Positions 22,234 through 31,959 of a stretch of DNA of 64,000 nt are shown in pieces; within the stretch, counting starts at the first letter, position 1, and the number at the start of each line of letters is the position of its first letter. Both the position numbers and the translations under genes were made by a program. Source of the DNA: TPA_inf: Saccharomyces (Eukaryota); assembly GCA_000146045.2 (NCBI GenBank), contig BK006944.2:1-64000 (forward strand), read 5' to 3'. The notes under the pieces are model-generated. The model did no database searches. It had not been told where the DNA came from and saw nothing but the letters and a program-made list of their open reading frames with translations.

Positions 22234-24084
22234 ATGTCGTCGTCAATTACAGATGAGAAAATATCTGGTGAACAGCAACAACCTGCTGGCAGAAAACTAT
22301 ACTATAACACAAGTACATTTGCAGAGCCTCCTCTAGTGGACGGAGAAGGTAACCCTATAAATTATGAGCCGGAAGTTTACAACCCGGATCACGAAAAGCT
22401 ATACCATAACCCATCACTGCCTGCACAATCAATTCAGGATACAAGAGATGATGAATTGCTGGAAAGAGTTTATAGCCAGGATCAAGGTGTAGAGTATGAG
22501 GAAGATGAAGAGGATAAGCCAAACCTAAGCGCTGCGTCCATTAAAAGTTATGCTTTAACGAGATTTACGTCCTTACTGCACATCCACGAGTTTTCTTGGG
22601 AGAATGTCAATCCCATACCCGAACTGCGCAAAATGACATGGCAGAATTGGAACTATTTTTTTATGGGTTATTTTGCGTGGTTGTCTGCGGCTTGGGCCTT
22701 CTTTTGCGTTTCAGTATCAGTCGCTCCATTGGCTGAACTATATGACAGACCAACCAAGGACATCACCTGGGGGTTGGGATTGGTGTTATTTGTTCGTTCA
22801 GCAGGTGCTGTCATATTTGGTTTATGGACAGATAAGTCTTCCAGAAAGTGGCCGTACATTACATGTTTGTTCTTATTTGTCATTGCACAACTCTGTACTC
22901 CATGGTGTGACACATACGAGAAATTTCTGGGCGTAAGGTGGATAACCGGTATTGCTATGGGAGGAATTTACGGATGTGCTTCTGCAACAGCGATTGAAGA
23001 TGCACCTGTGAAAGCACGTTCGTTCCTATCAGGTCTATTTTTTTCTGCTTACGCTATGGGGTTCATATTTGCTATCATTTTTTACAGAGCCTTTGGCTAC
23101 TTTAGGGATGATGGCTGGAAAATATTGTTTTGGTTTAGTATTTTTCTACCAATTCTACTAATTTTCTGGAGATTGTTATGGCCTGAAACGAAATACTTCA
23201 CCAAGGTTTTGAAAGCCCGTAAATTAATATTGAGTGACGCAGTGAAAGCTAATGGTGGCGAGCCTCTACCAAAAGCCAACTTTAAACAAAAGATGGTATC
23301 CATGAAGAGAACAGTTCAAAAGTACTGGTTGTTGTTCGCATATTTGGTTGTTTTATTGGTGGGTCCAAATTACTTGACTCATGCTTCTCAAGACTTGTTG
23401 CCAACCATGCTGCGTGCCCAATTAGGCCTATCCAAGGATGCTGTCACTGTCATTGTAGTGGTTACCAACATCGGTGCTATTTGTGGGGGTATGATATTTG
23501 GACAGTTCATGGAAGTTACTGGAAGAAGATTAGGCCTATTGATTGCATGCACAATGGGTGGTTGCTTCACCTACCCTGCATTTATGTTGAGAAGCGAAAA
23601 GGCTATATTAGGTGCCGGTTTCATGTTATATTTTTGTGTCTTTGGTGTCTGGGGTATCCTGCCCATTCACCTTGCAGAGTTGGCCCCTGCTGATGCAAGG
23701 GCTTTGGTTGCCGGTTTATCTTACCAGCTAGGTAATCTAGCTTCTGCAGCGGCTTCCACGATTGAGACACAGTTAGCTGATAGATACCCATTAGAAAGAG
23801 ATGCCTCTGGTGCTGTGATTAAAGAAGATTATGCCAAAGTTATGGCTATCTTGACTGGTTCTGTTTTCATCTTCACATTTGCTTGTGTTTTTGTTGGCCA
23901 TGAGAAATTCCATCGTGATTTGTCCTCTCCTGTTATGAAGAAATATATAAACCAAGTGGAAGAATACGAAGCCGATGGTCTTTCGATTAGTGACATTGTT
24001 GAACAAAAGACGGAATGTGCTTCAGTGAAGATGATTGATTCGAACGTCTCAAAGACATATGAGGAGCATATTGAGACCGTTTAA
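22234..24084 (+). CDS. JEN1: Monocarboxylate (lactate/pyruvate)/H+ symporter, MFS sialate:H+ symporter family
   Basis: 616 aa with 12 TM segments and hydrophilic N- and C-termini. Confidence 0.9.
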   Translation: MSSSITDEKISGEQQQPAGRKLYYNTSTFAEPPLVDGEGNPINYEPEVYNPDHEKLYHNPSLPAQSIQDTRDDELLERVYSQDQGVEYEEDEEDKPNLSAASIKSYALTRFTSLLHIHEFSWENVNPIPELRKMTWQNWNYFFMGYFAWLSAAWAFFCVSVSVAPLAELYDRPTKDITWGLGLVLFVRSAGAVIFGLWTDKSSRKWPYITCLFLFVIAQLCTPWCDTYEKFLGVRWITGIAMGGIYGCASATAIEDAPVKARSFLSGLFFSAYAMGFIFAIIFYRAFGYFRDDGWKILFWFSIFLPILLIFWRLLWPETKYFTKVLKARKLILSDAVKANGGEPLPKANFKQKMVSMKRTVQKYWLLFAYLVVLLVGPNYLTHASQDLLPTMLRAQLGLSKDAVTVIVVVTNIGAICGGMIFGQFMEVTGRRLGLLIACTMGGCFTYPAFMLRSEKAILGAGFMLYFCVFGVWGILPIHLAELAPADARALVAGLSYQLGNLASAAASTIETQLADRYPLERDASGAVIKEDYAKVMAILTGSVFIFTFACVFVGHEKFHRDLSSPVMKKYINQVEEYEADGLSISDIVEQKTECASVKMIDSNVSKTYEEHIETV

Positions 24085-25031
24085 TCACTTTTCATTGCTC
24101 TCTAGGGCGTGTTCGCTTCTCTATGTAACTGCATTTCACATATATTCATATTATAGCCTTTATAACATTACATAAAAGACATGATATACGACATACTTTA
24201 AAGTTAGAATTTTTGTTGTATTAATTTTCTCGAAGGGATTAGAATGTAAGTACATTTAAATAGCGCCGCAAGAAACATAACAGCCGTTAACACTAGCAAG
24301 ATGGTAGATTACTGTGTCTAAGAATTTAAATTGTTTTGCTTGCTTTTGCCACTATAAGACAATAATAGTAATAGAAAAGAAATGTTAGTCGAACAGCAAA
24401 TTGGTAAAAGTGGAAAAAATTATTTCGTTATTCATTTTAGGCCGTTCAGAAATATAGCATTTTGGTTCTTGCACTGAATGGGCCCTGAGGACAGTGTGCG
24501 GCTGGATAGCCATATACTTCGACATTACTTTTCACCTTTGAAGGGGGATGTATGCTTATACACAATCAAAGCTCGGCCTGTGCAGGTTTCACTACATAAG
24601 CTTTTTTACCATAGAAATCTTGCAGAAGGAAGTAAGTATCAAGATATTACGTATCGCATCCATAGAACGATAGCAGAAAAATGCAGTATATGATAACGAT
24701 ATGCTTCACAGCTGCGGCCCATTTGGGGAAAAAAGGAAAAGGAGCATCCTCGATCTTACAGATGTCGCTTTTTCCTCTTGAGGTCATTCCCTAACCTTGG
24801 ATCCAAGTCAATCTGGTATCTTCCCACCCTAAATAGTGTATTCCCCATGTAATAAGATCGGACGATAAACTTCGAAACAATTCTAGCCTTTTTTATTAGA
24901 TATTTACTCTACTTTAGATTTGGTGATTTTACTAAATGTTATCCTTCAGCCACTACAGCCTACTTTTTCTCACTAATATGTTCTTGAAGCCATTTTCTTC
25001 ACCGGGCTTTGCCGAAGGTTATTTCACGATC

Positions 25032-25047
25032 TTCGGCATTCGCCGAA
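25032..25047 (+). promoter_or_regulatory. Ppr1 UAS (TTCGG-N6-CCGAA) in the URA1 promoter
   Basis: TTCGGCATTCGCCGAA is an exact match to the Ppr1 zinc-cluster consensus. It lies about 175 bp upstream of the URA1 ATG. Confidence 0.7.
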
Positions 25048-25214
25048 AATTTTTCAAGATGCCCATCACCAAAAAATAAAAAAAGCTTTATATATGGCAT
25101 GGCATACGCATCGGGAACCGGTATTCTTCTCTTGGATTACACAGTTTGGACTACTAGACGTTTCAAATAGATATACACAATTACTCAAAAAAAAATTGAA
25201 CTTCCGTACCAAAC

Positions 25215-26159
25215 ATGACAGCCAGTTTAACTACCAAGTTCTTGAACAATACCTATGAAAACCCATTTATGAATGCATCCGGTGTTCATTGCATGACTAC
25301 ACAAGAATTAGATGAATTAGCAAACTCTAAAGCTGGCGCATTCATTACAAAGAGTGCTACAACCTTAGAAAGAGAAGGTAACCCTGAACCACGTTACATT
25401 TCTGTCCCTCTAGGCAGTATCAACTCCATGGGTTTACCAAACGAAGGTATCGACTACTATTTGTCCTATGTATTAAACCGTCAAAAGAATTATCCTGATG
25501 CACCTGCTATTTTCTTCTCAGTTGCTGGTATGAGCATTGATGAAAATTTAAATTTGTTGAGGAAAATCCAAGATAGCGAATTCAACGGTATTACCGAGTT
25601 AAACTTGTCTTGTCCTAATGTGCCTGGGAAACCACAAGTTGCTTATGACTTTGACTTGACAAAGGAAACCTTGGAAAAGGTTTTTGCCTTTTTCAAAAAA
25701 CCTCTTGGTGTCAAGTTGCCTCCTTATTTTGATTTTGCCCATTTTGATATCATGGCAAAAATATTGAACGAGTTCCCATTAGCTTATGTCAACTCTATCA
25801 ATAGTATAGGAAATGGTCTTTTCATTGATGTGGAGAAGGAGAGTGTAGTAGTGAAGCCAAAGAATGGTTTCGGGGGTATTGGAGGTGAATATGTTAAGCC
25901 AACCGCGCTCGCCAATGTTCGTGCATTTTACACTCGTTTGAGACCTGAAATCAAAGTTATCGGTACAGGTGGAATTAAGTCCGGTAAGGATGCATTTGAA
26001 CATCTTCTATGTGGTGCCTCTATGCTACAGATTGGTACAGAATTACAAAAAGAGGGCGTCAAGATTTTTGAACGTATCGAAAAAGAATTAAAAGACATAA
26101 TGGAAGCTAAGGGTTATACATCCATAGATCAGTTCCGTGGGAAGTTGAACAGCATTTAA
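25215..26159 (+). CDS. URA1: Dihydroorotate dehydrogenase (class 1A, cytosolic, fumarate-dependent)
   Basis: 314 aa. It has the class-1 DHOD motifs NLSCPN (catalytic Cys) and GTGGI (FMN binding). Confidence 0.9.
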   Translation: MTASLTTKFLNNTYENPFMNASGVHCMTTQELDELANSKAGAFITKSATTLEREGNPEPRYISVPLGSINSMGLPNEGIDYYLSYVLNRQKNYPDAPAIFFSVAGMSIDENLNLLRKIQDSEFNGITELNLSCPNVPGKPQVAYDFDLTKETLEKVFAFFKKPLGVKLPPYFDFAHFDIMAKILNEFPLAYVNSINSIGNGLFIDVEKESVVVKPKNGFGGIGGEYVKPTALANVRAFYTRLRPEIKVIGTGGIKSGKDAFEHLLCGASMLQIGTELQKEGVKIFERIEKELKDIMEAKGYTSIDQFRGKLNSI

Positions 26160-26586
26160 TTATCGGAATTTGAAGAACTATGATGGGACAAGTTATGGAA
26201 GAGTGTTAAGATTCGTATGAATATTTTATTATTTTGAAATTGCATAAATCAAGGATAGTTGGTAAATGCTAATTCCTTAATTTTTCGGTGAGTGCATTCG
26301 CAATTGGCATCATACATTAGGGTTCAATGTGCTTTAATAGATGATGATACTAAATACTTATACTTTGAAATAACTTAATCAATGTAAATTATTGTCTTGA
26401 TTCATTTATACTTAAATTTTTATATCTCAACATATGATATATCCTTACATTAAGACTTATTCAAGAAACATTTTTCAACGATAATTATTAGTAGGCTAAA
26501 AATGGCATAGGAACCAGAAAATAATGTTGAAGAAATGAAGCCATCTGTTTAATATTTGGGGAAAAAAGTGAAGAAATTAACGAATA

Positions 26587-26591
<5 letters not shown>

Positions 26592-26623
<32 letters not shown>
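26592..26623. repeat. (AT)16 dinucleotide microsatellite
   Basis: A perfect AT/TA run lies in the URA1-OXP1 intergenic region, where the two 3' ends converge. Confidence 0.9.
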
Positions 26624-26625
<2 letters not shown>

Positions 26626-26826
26626 CACAGGTGATTTTGATGTAGAATGTAGCCTTTTCGAAAGAGTAATTTGGTTTTATCTACAGAGTTCCGAAACATT
26701 GTTAAGTGCCTGTTCTTATATAATTAAACTGTACTTTCTGTAAAAGTCAATTTGTGGCTGGCGCATCCACGGTATACCAATGGTTCCGTGTAATTCGATA
26801 TTGACTAAGAACCAAAAAGAAATGCT

Positions 26827-29800
26827 TTAATCCTTGTATTGTCCAAATCCCCCACCACCAGGGGTTTTAATGATGAATCGATCACCGGGTTGAGCGTAAA
26901 TCGTATTTTTACCGCCGACATTGATTAATGCGCCTGTGCTATGTCTTACCCATAAATTCTCACCTCTACTACCGTCTTGTCCTCCCTTTATACCATGAGG
27001 GCCAATGACACGACGTTCTGATAATATAGATGCTGTTACAGCCTTCCGAAATTGAACATCCCTTACTACGCCATTTCCGCCAGTATATTTACCTTTGCCT
27101 CCTGAACCTCTTCTGATCGAGAACTCTTTCAACAGAACGGGGTATCTCCTTTCAAATACCTCAGTATCTGTCATTCTTGTATTGGTCATATTCGTGTGTA
27201 CAGCGTCTGAGCCATTCCAACCACTTCCTCTCCATGAATCTGCACCAGCCCCCGAGCCGCCACATATGGTTTCATAATATCCAAAGCCTTTGATCTGCTT
27301 ATCGGTTTTGTTACCAGAATTTCCTCCAGTTCCAAATGTAAAGTTGTTACAGTCACCTTGAGAATCTGCCATGACGTTAAATGTTTTTAAGATTACATCT
27401 GTCACTCTTTGGGAAGTTAATACATTGCCTCCGACAACAGCAGCACCGGATCGGGGGCTCAAGAGGGAACCAGCAGGAATTTTTATTGTTAAGGGTTTTA
27501 AACAACCTTGATTTAAAGGAATATCTTCGCCTACTAGACACCGTAGACAATAAAGAATCGCAGAATTAGTAATAGCCTCTGGTGCATTTAAATTACCATA
27601 AACTTGGGGAGAAGTGCCATCGAAATTAAAAATATACTCCTCTTTTTCAGGTCTTATGATAACTTGTAGTTTAATTAAGCTTCCATCATCTAAGCGATCT
27701 TCGCCAGAAAACTTCGTTGTGCCAAAATGTTCAACCATTTTTGCAAGCATTTTTTTTATGGATTCAGATGCATTTGTCTGAATTGCAGCCATGTATTTCA
27801 ATATTGTAGCCAGATCATATTCCTTAGTTAATGACCCAATTAACTGTATCCCTTTTGTGTTAGCTGCGACTTGCGCTTTTAAATCGCTTATGTTATCACT
27901 AAATCTTCTTGAACCTGAGCAGCCTGGGTATTTGCCTGGATCTTCTACGAAAAGCTTGTAAATTAATTCTTCCTGGAAAATTCCCTCTTTGACAACCAAT
28001 TCGGAATAAATTGCGGTTCCTTCTTCGTACAATTCTTTGGAATTTGGAGGCACTGAACCGGGTAGAATACCTCCAATATCTGCATGATGGGCTCTTGAAG
28101 CCACATAAAATATCAATTCGCCAGTTGAAGAGAAAGAAGGAGTTATTACTGTTATGTCTGGTAAATGAGTACCACCAATATCCGGATGGTTTGTGATTAA
28201 AACATCACCAGGCTTTAATTTGCCTTCCCATAACTTCGCCTGTGCTGATATGCAGGTTGACATTGATCCTAAGTGAACAGGTACATGAGGAGCGTTAGCG
28301 ACTAAGTTTCCTTTAGAGTCGAATAGTGCACATGAAAAATCTAATCTCTCTTTGACGTTAGTTGAAACAGAAGTTTTCCTCAATTGAGTACCCATCTGGA
28401 GGGCGATATCCATAAACCTATGACTGAAAATAGACAATAAGATTGGATCTATATCAAGTTCATATCCGCTTTTAGATAATGTCTTCGCAGCCTTTTGGTT
28501 GATCTTGATAAATATATGAGAGTTTAAAATTGTTGCTTGGCTGTTTGGTAAAATAATATTTGTTTGGGTACCGTCAGCCAATATGGCTGGGCCCTCGATA
28601 ATTGTTCCGGCAGGAAGATCATCAATTTTGAAGACCGCAGTGTCGACCCATTTGTTGTCAAAATATGCTTTCTGGGTAAAACTAGCATCCTTTGACACGT
28701 CGGCTTTCTTGAAATGGGAAATTTCAATCAATTGCTCATCAACCGTTTTTTCTTTTCTAACGCCTGATTTCCCAATTGCTCTTATCCTTATATCATCAAT
28801 TATAATTCGTTTGTCATCGAATGAGAATCCGAACTCTTTTTTATGAGCTTCAGAGAACCATTCCCTAAAATTCCATTGGTCATCATATTTTTGTAATATC
28901 ATCAAACTGGTTTCAGTACCTTCATATCTGAGATTTAAATATCTTTCCAAGACTATGTCCTCCCGAGAAAACGACTGAGATAAAAGGTTTTTGATTGAAT
29001 TTTTAGAAAGTTCTAAGAATCTTTTTTTCACTTTCAAGATGGTCTCTGGCTCACCCAAGATAAAAGAGCAAGGCTCTTGGTTTTCTTCAATAACATCTGC
29101 TAAGAAAATGCCATAAGCGGACAAGATAGAAGAATATCTATGAATTAAAACAGTGTCAATGCCCAATGAATCTGCAACCGCTATGGCGTGTTGCCCGCCA
29201 GCCCCGCCAAAGGAAACTAACCGATGCTGAGATACTACATGTCCTTTTGCTTCTGTAATGGCCCTCACAGGTCTTGCCATGCATTCGTTAGCTACTTTGA
29301 TAAATCCATAGGCAACCTCTTCCATGGTTAGATTTGAATTCAGATCCTTATTGATGACATCTGTTAATTCTCTGAATTTCAAAGTAGTGGTTTCTAAGTC
29401 AAGTGATTCATCCTCATTGGGCCCAAAAATTTTGGGGAAGAACTCAGGAACCAAACGTCCTAAAAAGAGGTTGGCGTCTGTAATGGTCAAAGGCCCGCCC
29501 TTTCTGTAGGCTGCAGGGCCTGGATCAGCAGCTGCTGAATCAGGGCCTACTCTGAATAACCCGTTTTTCCATGACAAAATAGAACTTCCTCCAGCAGCAA
29601 CAGTATGGATGTCAAGTTGAGGAGATTGTATGATGATCCCTGCGGTAACAGTTTCAAAAACATGTTCTAACCTCCCATCGCCGTACCTACTGACATCAGT
29701 AGATGTTCCTCCCATGTCAAAGCCTATTAAGGGTATGTTATTATTTTTATCATAGCATGTACTAGAATAACCTATTACGCCACCTGCAGGACCAGATAAA

Positions 29801-30687
29801 ATAGATTTCAAACCGGAAAATTTTCCCCCATCCACTAAACCACCATCAGACTGCATGAATTGAATGTGGGTATCTTCTGCGTGGCTCAAACCTGCAGAAA
29901 TGCTATTCAAGTACTTTTTAATTACCGGAGTAAGGTAGGCATCTGCGACAGAACTGTGAGCCCTCGGTAAAAATTTTATCATTGGAGAGACTTCAGATGA
30001 TAATGAAACATGAGAAAACCCAATCTCCCTGGCAATATTACCAACAATTCGCTCATGGTCTGGAAAAGTGTATGAGTGTAAAAATGCTATCGCAATAGAC
30101 TTGATTCCGCTAGCATAAAGCACTTTCAGAATAGATCTTACGCTTGATTCATCTGGCTTCTTTATGACCCTTACCATTTCGCCACTATTACCTTCCAGGA
30201 TACCTTCTTGTTCATTAGGAGACGATTTGGTAAAATAAGGGTCTTCCGAGAAATCTTCTAAAGTAACTCTCTCATCTATTTCAACTACAGTGTCATATAA
30301 TGGCACTACCTTTTTTATATTTAAGTTGAAGATATCTGGCCTGGTTTGGTCTCCAATCAGCAATGAATCCTTAAAGCCTTTCGTAGTAATGAAGGCACAA
30401 CGTTCACCATTTCTTTCTAGAGCGCAGTTTGTAGCTAGGGTTGTCCCCATTCTTAAACTTCTCACATTAGAGATGTCTAGAGGAATACCGCGAGGAATTG
30501 TCTTGTGTTCAAGCACCTCCAAGAGACGTCTTATGCCTTCAAGGGGAGCATCTGGATAGTTTTTGGGATCCACCGACAAGAGCTTGATGACAGTATCATG
30601 TTCTTGTTTACCTGTACCAATATTCCCCACACAATCAGTGAAAGTTCCACCCTTATCGATGGCAATTCTTATGTTTCCTTTCTGCAT
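26827..30687 (-). CDS. OXP1: ATP-dependent 5-oxoprolinase (hydantoinase A/B fused)
   Basis: About 1286 aa from the ATG at 30687 (MQKGNIRIAIDKGGTFTD...). It has an N-terminal HyuA domain and a C-terminal HyuB domain. The continuous ORF extends 13 codons further to an upstream ATG at 30726. Confidence 0.85.
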   Translation of the reverse strand: MQKGNIRIAIDKGGTFTDCVGNIGTGKQEHDTVIKLLSVDPKNYPDAPLEGIRRLLEVLEHKTIPRGIPLDISNVRSLRMGTTLATNCALERNGERCAFITTKGFKDSLLIGDQTRPDIFNLNIKKVVPLYDTVVEIDERVTLEDFSEDPYFTKSSPNEQEGILEGNSGEMVRVIKKPDESSVRSILKVLYASGIKSIAIAFLHSYTFPDHERIVGNIAREIGFSHVSLSSEVSPMIKFLPRAHSSVADAYLTPVIKKYLNSISAGLSHAEDTHIQFMQSDGGLVDGGKFSGLKSILSGPAGGVIGYSSTCYDKNNNIPLIGFDMGGTSTDVSRYGDGRLEHVFETVTAGIIIQSPQLDIHTVAAGGSSILSWKNGLFRVGPDSAAADPGPAAYRKGGPLTITDANLFLGRLVPEFFPKIFGPNEDESLDLETTTLKFRELTDVINKDLNSNLTMEEVAYGFIKVANECMARPVRAITEAKGHVVSQHRLVSFGGAGGQHAIAVADSLGIDTVLIHRYSSILSAYGIFLADVIEENQEPCSFILGEPETILKVKKRFLELSKNSIKNLLSQSFSREDIVLERYLNLRYEGTETSLMILQKYDDQWNFREWFSEAHKKEFGFSFDDKRIIIDDIRIRAIGKSGVRKEKTVDEQLIEISHFKKADVSKDASFTQKAYFDNKWVDTAVFKIDDLPAGTIIEGPAILADGTQTNIILPNSQATILNSHIFIKINQKAAKTLSKSGYELDIDPILLSIFSHRFMDIALQMGTQLRKTSVSTNVKERLDFSCALFDSKGNLVANAPHVPVHLGSMSTCISAQAKLWEGKLKPGDVLITNHPDIGGTHLPDITVITPSFSSTGELIFYVASRAHHADIGGILPGSVPPNSKELYEEGTAIYSELVVKEGIFQEELIYKLFVEDPGKYPGCSGSRRFSDNISDLKAQVAANTKGIQLIGSLTKEYDLATILKYMAAIQTNASESIKKMLAKMVEHFGTTKFSGEDRLDDGSLIKLQVIIRPEKEEYIFNFDGTSPQVYGNLNAPEAITNSAILYCLRCLVGEDIPLNQGCLKPLTIKIPAGSLLSPRSGAAVVGGNVLTSQRVTDVILKTFNVMADSQGDCNNFTFGTGGNSGNKTDKQIKGFGYYETICGGSGAGADSWRGSGWNGSDAVHTNMTNTRMTDTEVFERRYPVLLKEFSIRRGSGGKGKYTGGNGVVRDVQFRKAVTASILSERRVIGPHGIKGGQDGSRGENLWVRHSTGALINVGGKNTIYAQPGDRFIIKTPGGGGFGQYKD

Positions 30688-31081
30688 TGTATACCAAGAA
30701 GTTATATTTAGGTTTTCAATGCTCAAAATTATTACTGTTTAAGTTCAGTTCTTAGTTTTTGGCATTCTTTCTTCAACACCACGTAACATTTGATCTTATC
30801 TTTCTTTTCAGTGGTAATGTTATGGCGATCGTGCTCAATCGGAAAAGCACCTGAGGCAAACAAAACAATTGTTGAAGTATTCATGCAAATAATACTGAAT
30901 AGAGCGGAGTACGCTTGTTCTTAATTCCAGAGATTGGTAAAGTGTTTATCATTGCTACCCTCTAGAAATAAAAATTAATTATTTAGGTAAAAAGTAGTAC
31001 TGAGGTTTCATATCTGTAGACTGATGGAGTAAAAAAACATTGAAAAGACTATAAAGAAATTATAAGTAGATACACAATTGC

Positions 31082-31693
31082 TTAACCTTTCATGTAAGCA
31101 TCTAATTCAGCGTCAAGAGCTTCGACAGAAGTAGGAGTGTTATTCTTCTCACGGCCCTTGTTCTTTTTGGAGACTCTGTTAGGCTTTTGGCGATAATGGC
31201 TCCCTGGCCTGCCTCTTCCGTGTTCTTGAGCCGTCTGTTTGCGACGGTTGTGGGCATTCATTCTAGAATGCTTTCTCTGTGGTTGGTAAATCTCCACTTC
31301 AATTTTTGCATTATGTAACTCATGTCCATTATAACGCTCGACAATCTTTTCCAAAACTTCTGGGTCTTCAAATTCGTAAATACATGTACGATCCTCTTTA
31401 TTGTCAAAAATTTTCGAAAATATTGGCGAGCCAAACTCTTTAATCATATCATCGAGGGTGTAGTCAGAAACGTCTAGTGGGATTTTGGATATTCTAATTC
31501 TCTTAGGCAAAGGAGGCTCTTCCCTCTCTCTATAAAGGCGATCTTTCGACCTTGATGCAGCATCCGAAGGCGCAAATCCCAGTCTAGGTCCTAATTCATT
31601 TCTTAAATCCCTTCTGCGGTATCTCGTTACCTTATGATTAGATGAGCTGTCTGTGTGACTATTTCCAATAATTTCGTCAAATGCTTTGTCCAT
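31082..31693 (-). CDS. YRA2: REF/ALY-family RNA-binding mRNA export adaptor (Yra1 paralogue)
   Basis: 203 aa with a central RRM (KISKIPLDVSDYTLDDMIKEFG...) and an Arg-rich C-terminus. Confidence 0.8.
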   Translation of the reverse strand: MDKAFDEIIGNSHTDSSSNHKVTRYRRRDLRNELGPRLGFAPSDAASRSKDRLYREREEPPLPKRIRISKIPLDVSDYTLDDMIKEFGSPIFSKIFDNKEDRTCIYEFEDPEVLEKIVERYNGHELHNAKIEVEIYQPQRKHSRMNAHNRRKQTAQEHGRGRPGSHYRQKPNRVSKKNKGREKNNTPTSVEALDAELDAYMKG

Positions 31694-31959
31694 TGCAAAA
31701 TGCAGTATTGAATCGTCTAATGGAAAAGGTACTAGACGCTTATCGTTTCAGTTTTTTAGTCTTTTCCATCTATTTATCAGTCTGTACTCAAAATAACCTT
31801 ATTGTATGTAACCTTTTTCATTTCACGATGATAATTTCTTGCCGAGTTAGACAGAAAATGACCGTGATAGTTTGTCATAATTTTCAATAGGGCAGAAAGA
31901 ATTTTAAAGATTATTTGCTATCTAGACATTATGTGTTTTATATGATTGCTGTAAAAGTA

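Noticed and set aside
26592-26623. Possibility that the regular short repeats are CRISPR-like arrays
   Set aside because: They are simple dinucleotide and trinucleotide microsatellites with no spacer/repeat architecture, and this is a eukaryotic nuclear sequence.
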